Assembly (NCBI GenBank): GCA_028716385.1
Contig: JAQUPX010000001.1
Coordinates: forward strand, 827,674 to 891,673
DNA from: a bacterium
Lineage (GTDB): Bacteria > Hydrothermota > UBA3073 > JACQXS01 > JAQTXJ01
DNA length: 64,000 nt
Direction of reading: 5' to 3'
The notes beneath the pieces were generated by a model. The model made no database searches and was not told the DNA's origin. It saw only the letters and a program-made list of their open reading frames with translations. Position numbers and translations under genes: made by a program. Below, in pieces: positions 58,319 through 64,000 of the stretch. Within the stretch, counting starts at the first letter, position 1; every line of letters begins with the position of its first letter.

Positions 58319-58624
58319 TTATGCTTTTATGTCTATTACACTTCCAAGCCCTTTATACATAACGGGTTTAACAGTAGGCTGATTGTTGTTATCTCTATTG
58401 ATCTCCGATAGTCCCATTCTCTGTGTATCCAAAGTAGCTTCTGCCTGTTTTGCAGTATTGGTAAGTTTTCTGCCGAAATCCATAGTGCTGCCTGTATTTA
58501 CTATTCTGGCTCCCGAGGTTTCTTCTGTTCTTGTGGTTTGAGTTTTTATTTCAGGTGGCTTCATAGCTTCCTCTGTGGAATATGTGTGATAAGTCACCGG
58601 ATTTACTCCATTAACTGCATTCAT
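58319..58624 (-). CDS. hypothetical protein (Thr/Asn-rich, 101 aa)
   Basis: ORF only. Its start abuts the stop of the FlgM-like gene. No motif recognised. Confidence 0.3.
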   Translation of the reverse strand: MNAVNGVNPVTYHTYSTEEAMKPPEIKTQTTRTEETSGARIVNTGSTMDFGRKLTNTAKQAEATLDTQRMGLSEINRDNNNQPTVKPVMYKGLGSVIDIKA

Positions 58625-58625
58625 T

Positions 58626-58922
58626 TTACCCCCTTATATCTAAAAAATTCAAAAGATTTTCAATTGCTTCTTTTTTTACATCATCTCTATTATAATATCC
58701 TTGTTCGATTTTTTGTTTTATTTGCTGAATTTTGTTGGTATCTATTTCTTTGGATTCTATAGATATTTTTTTGATTAAATTAGAATCTCCTATTTCCCCG
58801 GACTTATCCGTTTCGGAAGAAAGTATCTTTTTTTTATCCCTCTCCTTCTCGGAAGGGGAAATACTTGTCTGTTCTGTAAAAGCTTTTATTTTATCTATAT
58901 TCATATTTGTCCGTTTATGCAA
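58626..58922 (-). CDS. FlgM-like anti-sigma-28 factor (tentative)
   Basis: 98 aa. Disordered S/K/E-rich N-terminus. The C-terminal ...IQQIKQKIEQGYYNRDDVKKEAIENLLNFL resembles the FlgM ...IKAAIASGTYKVDAEKIADKLL helix. Confidence 0.45.
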   Translation of the reverse strand: MHKRTNMNIDKIKAFTEQTSISPSEKERDKKKILSSETDKSGEIGDSNLIKKISIESKEIDTNKIQQIKQKIEQGYYNRDDVKKEAIENLLNFLDIRG

Positions 58923-59700
58923 CTACATCTAATTTGGAATTTTCAAGACTGAACACGGGACCGTCTGTCTGTATTCTTGCCTCCCCGCCTGCAAGAAAGA
59001 ATTTATGCGAAGCATAATCCACTCGCCAGTCGGCTACGGAATAAGCATAATTAATTTTCCTCTTATGTACCAGTGCATCTCCAACCGCCCTCATTACATG
59101 CCCGCTTTCATGCGCGGGAACTGCAATTCTGGCTTGCATAGAAGTTAACGGAGTGGGTTGTTTAAAACTTGCGCCTATATCACCGCTGTCATCCTGATAA
59201 GTTCTCATTTTGTCTCGGGAAAAAGTGTCCTTATCTCCGTAAGCAGGCGTTTTTTGTGTGTTGTCTCCCGGTATTTGTTGCTCATCCATATTAGAAATCG
59301 GGCTAATAGGTTGTGGAATATTGGGTGTTACGGTATTTTGTAATGCGTCAGGTGTCCCTTGCGTATTGTTGAGTGTGTTTTGGACAGATATGCCGGTGGT
59401 CGGAACGGAAGGTTGAGGAATGTTTGGAGTTACGGTATTTTGCCCCCCATTAGGAGTATTGGAATCTAAAATCCCTTCTTTCTTTGCCATATTTTCGACT
59501 TCTGCCAGTTTCCTTTTAGCTGCAAGAACGTTGCCCTGGGCGTAAAGCCGCTCAATGTCATTTACTAAAGCCATATACTTTGAAGAATTACTGCTTTTAT
59601 TTATGGCCTGTTTTAAAGAATTGAGCTCCTTTTCTATTTGCCGGGATATGACAAAGTTATCCCCGGTGGCGTTACTTCCATTTACAGCAGTGATTTCCAT
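58915..59700 (-). CDS. hypothetical protein with HExxH (HESGH) zinc-peptidase-like motif and internal QNTVTPNIPQP repeat
   Basis: 261 aa. Coiled-coil-like N-terminus. Pro/Thr/Asn-rich linker with a duplicated 11-mer. The C-terminal domain carries AHESGHVMRAV. Confidence 0.4.
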   Translation of the reverse strand: MEITAVNGSNATGDNFVISRQIEKELNSLKQAINKSSNSSKYMALVNDIERLYAQGNVLAAKRKLAEVENMAKKEGILDSNTPNGGQNTVTPNIPQPSVPTTGISVQNTLNNTQGTPDALQNTVTPNIPQPISPISNMDEQQIPGDNTQKTPAYGDKDTFSRDKMRTYQDDSGDIGASFKQPTPLTSMQARIAVPAHESGHVMRAVGDALVHKRKINYAYSVADWRVDYASHKFFLAGGEARIQTDGPVFSLENSKLDVVA

Positions 59701-59791
59701 ATATTCCTATCTTTACGGTCTCCTTCATATTACATTTAGAATATAAAGGGCTTTTTGTCAAGAAAATATGACAATTCGACAAGAAAAATGG

Positions 59792-60496
59792 TTAACTTCC
59801 TAAATAGGCTTCTTTAACCTGTGGATTTTGAAGTAGGTTTGTTCCTGAATCCGTCAAAATTATCTTTCCGACTTCTATAACATATCCATAATTTGCAATG
59901 GATAAAGCTCTTTGTGCGTTCTGTTCGACAAGTAAAATTGTTGTCCCTTCATCGTGTATTTTTAAAATTACGTCAAATATAATGTCTACGACTTTTGGGG
60001 CTAGTCCCAAAGAAGGCTCATCAAGTAACAAAAGTTTGGGGGATGCCATTAATCCTCTGGCAATAGCCAACATCTGTTGTTCCCCACCCGAAAGAGTTCC
60101 TCCTTGTTGACTTTTCCTTTCGGCGAGTATCGGGAATAAAGACAAAGCATAATCCAAATCCTGTTTTATTTGTTTTTTATCCTTTCTTAAAAATGCCCCC
60201 ATCTGTAAGTTTTCGAATACCGTAAGTTGTGGAAAAATATGTCTTCCTTCAGGGACATGTACAATTCCTTGCTGCACTATCTTATAGTCGGACATATTGC
60301 TTATATCTTTATTATCGAATATTATTTTCCCGCTGCGAAGCTTTACTAAACCACTTATTGTCATTAATGTAGTGGTTTTACCTGCTCCATTCGCGCCTAT
60401 AAGCGTAACTATCTCACCGGGCCTTACCTGAAAAGATAAAGATTTTAAAACTTCCCGTTTGTCATAATAAACGGATACGGATTCTAATTTAAGCAT
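59792..60496 (-). CDS. livF: branched-chain amino acid ABC transporter ATP-binding protein LivF
   Basis: 234 aa. GANGAGKTT, LSGGEQQML, LLLDEPSLGLAP. Confidence 0.9.
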   Translation of the reverse strand: MLKLESVSVYYDKREVLKSLSFQVRPGEIVTLIGANGAGKTTTLMTISGLVKLRSGKIIFDNKDISNMSDYKIVQQGIVHVPEGRHIFPQLTVFENLQMGAFLRKDKKQIKQDLDYALSLFPILAERKSQQGGTLSGGEQQMLAIARGLMASPKLLLLDEPSLGLAPKVVDIIFDVILKIHDEGTTILLVEQNAQRALSIANYGYVIEVGKIILTDSGTNLLQNPQVKEAYLGS

Positions 60497-61253
60497 TTTC
60501 CCTTCCTAAATACGCTTCAATAACTTTTTGGTCGTTTGACACTTCCAGTGGAGTGCCTTCCGATATTTTTACTCCATAATTAAGAGCAATGATTTTTTCA
60601 CATATTTCCATTATCATACGCATATGATGTTCAATTATTAACACTGTTACGCCTGTATCACGAATCTTCTTTATTAAACATATTAACTCTTTAACTTCTG
60701 ATGGATTCATCCCCGCCGCAGGTTCATCCAATAACAATAATTCAGGTTCGCTTGCTATCGCACGGGCAATTTCTAACTTGCGTTGACATCCGTATGGCAG
60801 GTTTTTTGCAAGCTCATTCCTGTAATCTTTTAATCCGACAAATTCAAGATATGCTCCGGCTTTTTCTTTTACGGAGTCTTCCTCTTCTCTTGCCCATTTA
60901 GGCTTAATCAAAGCTCCCCAGAGTCCGCATTTCGTCCTTGAATATCGTCCTACCATGACATTCTCTAAAACAGTCAAAGATGTAAATAATCGTATCCCCT
61001 GGAAAGTTCTTGCTAAACCTAAAGTGGCTATTTCATCTGCCCTGAGATTAGAAATCAATTTGTCTTTGTATAAAATCTTTCCATGCGTGAGCGGATATAC
61101 TCCCGAAATGCAATTAAAAAAAGTAGTTTTCCCTGCGCCATTAGGTCCGATTAATCCTGCGATTTCCCCTTTATTTATAGATATATCAAGCTTTTCAATT
61201 GCTTTTATTCCGCCAAAATGTTTGCTGACTTGTTTTGTTTCTAAAATTTTCAT
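60489..61253 (-). CDS. livG: branched-chain amino acid ABC transporter ATP-binding protein LivG
   Basis: 254 aa. GPNGAGKTT, LLLLDEPAAGMNP, and the BCA-type ABC C-terminal helix. Confidence 0.9.
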   Translation of the reverse strand: MKILETKQVSKHFGGIKAIEKLDISINKGEIAGLIGPNGAGKTTFFNCISGVYPLTHGKILYKDKLISNLRADEIATLGLARTFQGIRLFTSLTVLENVMVGRYSRTKCGLWGALIKPKWAREEEDSVKEKAGAYLEFVGLKDYRNELAKNLPYGCQRKLEIARAIASEPELLLLDEPAAGMNPSEVKELICLIKKIRDTGVTVLIIEHHMRMIMEICEKIIALNYGVKISEGTPLEVSNDQKVIEAYLGRENA

Positions 61254-62362
61254 AAATTTCTTCTCTTATACGGTAATAACCCTTCCGGTTTGAATCTCAT
61301 CATAGCAATCATTACTATACCAAAAAGTAACATACGTGAATTACCAAAATAATCCCTGAAAATCTCGGGAATAATAATTAAACAGCTTGCACCCAGAATT
61401 GCTCCGGGAATACTTCCCATCCCGCCTAATACAACCATACATAAAACAAGCGCAGATTCAAAAAAAGTAAAACTTTCCGGAGATACGTGAGTCGCTTTTG
61501 CTCCGAAAAATGCGCCCGCTACTCCCGCAAAAGCCGCACTAATAGCAAAAGCCAGTAATTTCAAACTCATACAATTAATCCCCATCGCTTTTGCTGCTCG
61601 TTCATCTTCCTTTATGGCTACCCATGCTCTGCCAAGACGCGAATTATTAAGTCTGTTAAATATAAACACGGCAATAAATAAAAAAACTAAAATTAAATAA
61701 TAATAGTTTTTGGGGCTGTGAAATACAAAACTTCCAATACTTGGACGGGCAATTCCTAAAATCCCATTTGGCCCGTTCGTCACACCATCCCAGTTGTTAA
61801 GAACAATTCTCGTTATTTCGCCAAAACCAAGCGTTACAATTGCAAGATAATCTCCGCGTAACCTTAGAACGGGAAGCCCTAATAATATTCCAAATATTAT
61901 TGCCATACCTGCCGATATAGGAACGCATACAAAAAAAGGAATATGGAAATGTACGGAAAGTAAAGCATAGCTGTAAGCGCCGATAGCATAAAATGCAATA
62001 TATCCCAGAACTAACAATCCTGCAAAACCGACGGCGATATTTAACCCTAAAGCCAATAACGCATATATCCCGCAGTCAACAAGGATATTGTTGGCGCGTC
62101 TGTCAAGAAACATAGGAATAATTATAATAGAAAGAATAAATAAAATACGAACAATCAAATACCCGTAAGGGATTTTTTCATTAGCCTTTGATAGAAACTC
62201 ATCCCAGTTATCTTTGAAAGAAGAAATTGTAGCAGGGAATTTAATAAATCGTAAAAATGAAAGTATAAAAAATACGGATGCAATGTATATGCTTTTTATG
62301 GGCCCTGCAAACGGCAAGGCAATAACCCATAACCAGAATGTCCAGAATAATGAATTAAGCAT
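61250..62362 (-). CDS. livM: branched-chain amino acid ABC transporter permease LivM (start corrected to the ATG at 62362 that overlaps the livH stop)
   Basis: ORF-track ORF 61250..62851 has an R/W-rich, non-protein-like N-terminal 163 aa. The ATG at 62362-62360 (MLNSLFWTFWLWV...) overlaps the livH TAA (TAATG) and begins the hydrophobic permease. Confidence 0.8.
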   Translation of the reverse strand: MLNSLFWTFWLWVIALPFAGPIKSIYIASVFFILSFLRFIKFPATISSFKDNWDEFLSKANEKIPYGYLIVRILFILSIIIIPMFLDRRANNILVDCGIYALLALGLNIAVGFAGLLVLGYIAFYAIGAYSYALLSVHFHIPFFVCVPISAGMAIIFGILLGLPVLRLRGDYLAIVTLGFGEITRIVLNNWDGVTNGPNGILGIARPSIGSFVFHSPKNYYYLILVFLFIAVFIFNRLNNSRLGRAWVAIKEDERAAKAMGINCMSLKLLAFAISAAFAGVAGAFFGAKATHVSPESFTFFESALVLCMVVLGGMGSIPGAILGASCLIIIPEIFRDYFGNSRMLLFGIVMIAMMRFKPEGLLPYKRRNL

Positions 62363-63312
62363 TAAAACTTTTCCCCTATTCTCTCTCCAAATATTCCCTG
62401 TGGACGGAAAATTAATATTAAAATCAAAATAATAAACGCAAAAACGTCTTTCCATTCGGATGCGCCTGGAATTAAACCCGCTGCTAGACTTTCCGTTAAC
62501 CCGAGTATTAACCCGCCAAACATTGCGCCATAAATGTTGCCGATACCACCTAATACCGCTGCAGTAAAGGCTTTTACCCCTGCGAGATACCCAATGTAGT
62601 ACCATACCCGTCCATAATACATTGCAACCATTACCCCGGCAGCCGCTCCAAGAATTGAACCTATGATAAATGTAGTGGAAATTACGGTGTCTACTTTTAT
62701 TCCTACAAGATGCGCCATCTTTAAGTCCTGCGCGGTTGCGCGCATAGCTTTCCCTATCTTGGTGTGGGTGACAAAAAGATTTAATAAAACCATCAGTATA
62801 ATGGAAGTGATAATTATTACCAGCTGGAGAGAATAAATCTGGGCTCCGCATATATATAATCTTGAACCATCCGAAGGTATGAATTTAGAAAAGAAATTAG
62901 AAAAATAAGCATTTATTTGTTCCGAAATCAGGTGAGAAAAAACTTTGTCTTTTGCTCCCTGTGTCAACATTACATAGTTTTGTAAAAATATGGATACCCC
63001 GACGGCAGTTATTAATGCAGATAAACGCGGTGCGTTACGAAGCGGTTTATATGCAAATTTTTCTATCGTAAAACCATAACACCCGGTAAAAAACATAGCA
63101 AATAAAAATACAAGCGGAAGCAAACCTGCAATAGGTAAAGAAAATTTGAGTGAAACGACGAATATTATGGCAAGATATGCGCCAAGCATATAAATTTCAC
63201 CGTGCGCGAAATTTATAAGTTGTAATATCCCATATACCATTGTGTAGCCTAATGCGATTAACGCATATACACTGCCAACGGTAAGCCCGTTAATTATTTG
63301 TTGTGCTAACAT
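62362..63312 (-). CDS. livH: branched-chain amino acid ABC transporter permease LivH
   Basis: 316 aa. MLAQQIINGLTVGSVYALIALGYTMVYG is the canonical LivH start. Confidence 0.9.
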   Translation of the reverse strand: MLAQQIINGLTVGSVYALIALGYTMVYGILQLINFAHGEIYMLGAYLAIIFVVSLKFSLPIAGLLPLVFLFAMFFTGCYGFTIEKFAYKPLRNAPRLSALITAVGVSIFLQNYVMLTQGAKDKVFSHLISEQINAYFSNFFSKFIPSDGSRLYICGAQIYSLQLVIIITSIILMVLLNLFVTHTKIGKAMRATAQDLKMAHLVGIKVDTVISTTFIIGSILGAAAGVMVAMYYGRVWYYIGYLAGVKAFTAAVLGGIGNIYGAMFGGLILGLTESLAAGLIPGASEWKDVFAFIILILILIFRPQGIFGERIGEKF

Positions 63313-63375
63313 TTAAAAGATAAAATGAGAGGTGTACTATTCCTATTTATATTTTGGATACTTAACCTGATAATT

Positions 63376-64000
63376 CTATAATGTCAAATACTTTTTCGTC
63401 ATCTCAATACATTCTTTACAAATCAAAATAGGGGCAGTTCCTTCTTTTGCCAATTCTCTATCCCTGATGAATTTTTCACTGTTCCATATCTGCTTAAAAG
63501 GCTTTTCTAATATATTTCCATAACTGTATTGCTCGGCAAAAGGTATGCAACATCCGGGCGTAACATTTCCATTAAATGTAACTCTGGTTTCTCTCCAGAA
63601 CCTATCACAAATAAATGGTTTGTTCCAATCATAAGTTTTTGATAATTCAGGATAATACATACATTTGATTCCTGATTTTTTTAATTCCTCTCTTCCTTTT
63701 TCCAATTCCTTTTTATAAAAAGATAAAGGTTTTGCTTCTTTTAATTTCCAATCTCCAAAATTGAAAAGGTAACTATCTATCTCGCAAATATAGTCTACCC
63801 CAAGCTCTTTCGCAAGTTTTATGAATTCAATTAACTCCCCTTCGTTTTCTTTCATAAGTATAAAATTTACCCCAATAAGTGGAGTCTTGCTGTGAAGTTT
63901 TTTCTTTAATTCAACTAACGTTTTTATATTATTTAAAACTTTATCGAACTTATCCGTGCCTCGTATCTTCTTATGAGAAGAAGAATTTGTGGCGTCAAGA
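63376..64000 (-). CDS. radical SAM/SPASM-domain protein, 5' end outside window (C-terminal ~208 aa present)
   Basis: The minus-strand frame stays open from 63999 down to the stop at 63376 (...KKIRGTDKFDKVLNNIKTLVELKKKLHSKTPLIGVNFILMKENEGELIE...). C-terminal Cys pattern C..C...CC...C..C (FICDRFW...PGCCIPF...ICKECI) fits a SPASM/twitch domain. Confidence 0.6.
   Translation of the reverse strand, partial: LDATNSSSHKKIRGTDKFDKVLNNIKTLVELKKKLHSKTPLIGVNFILMKENEGELIEFIKLAKELGVDYICEIDSYLFNFGDWKLKEAKPLSFYKKELEKGREELKKSGIKCMYYPELSKTYDWNKPFICDRFWRETRVTFNGNVTPGCCIPFAEQYSYGNILEKPFKQIWNSEKFIRDRELAKEGTAPILICKECIEMTKKYLTL

Noticed and set aside
62363-62851. N-terminal 163 aa of ORF 61250..62851 (R/W/C-rich peptide)
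   Set aside because: It is in-frame read-through of the livH 3' coding region in another frame. The real livM start is the ATG at 62362 overlapping the livH stop (TAATG). The upstream part has non-protein-like composition.
1-64000. CRISPR arrays, restriction-modification, toxin-antitoxin or other defence systems
   Set aside because: I scanned for regularly spaced identical repeats of 25-40 nt and for nuclease, methylase or reverse-transcriptase-like ORFs. None were found. The only repeats are the short-motif intergenic elements described above, whose units (7-17 nt) and spacing do not fit CRISPR.

Overview
This is a 64 kb chromosomal segment from an AT-rich bacterium. Shine-Dalgarno sites (AGGAGG) are used, TAA is the predominant stop, and TGA is demonstrably used as a stop at two operon junctions (ftsE-like, DUF1464 gene). 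Most of the window is tightly packed housekeeping genes: ruvB, pnp, rpsO, apt, rplJ-rplL, rpmA, murA, purE, acpS, rnhB, coaX, livHMGF, ptb-buk-ack, and a tmRNA (ssrA) and tRNA-Leu(GAG), both on the minus strand. Among these sit at least seven secreted proteins that carry a type IX secretion system (T9SS/Por) C-terminal sorting domain: two Kelch beta-propeller paralogs, an S8 subtilisin, a papain-like C1 peptidase, and a beta-propeller protein. This suggests an FCB-group or related candidate-phylum anaerobe. A FlgM-like gene suggests the organism is flagellated. Observations that deserve follow-up: (1) a thioredoxin-like lipoprotein split by a single in-frame TGA inside a UxxC redox motif, a candidate selenoprotein. 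(2) An ftsE-like/ftsX-like pair, the ATPase having a degenerate signature motif, interrupted by a radical SAM/SPASM enzyme and a DUF1464 ASKHA protein in one overlapping operon. (3) An acetyl-CoA-synthetase-like ligase, an ACP and a Kbl-type alpha-oxoamine synthase clustered near acpS. (4) A family of at least five related, strand-biased intergenic repeat elements with short tandem motifs and a covarying hairpin, confined to minus-strand leaders at 51-58 kb, with one copy next to ssrA. (5) A MalT-like STAND ATPase fused to a SARP/BTAD output domain. (6) A tmRNA whose tag peptide ends in the noncanonical ...ARAA. I found no CRISPR array, integrase, transposase or recognisable defence system.
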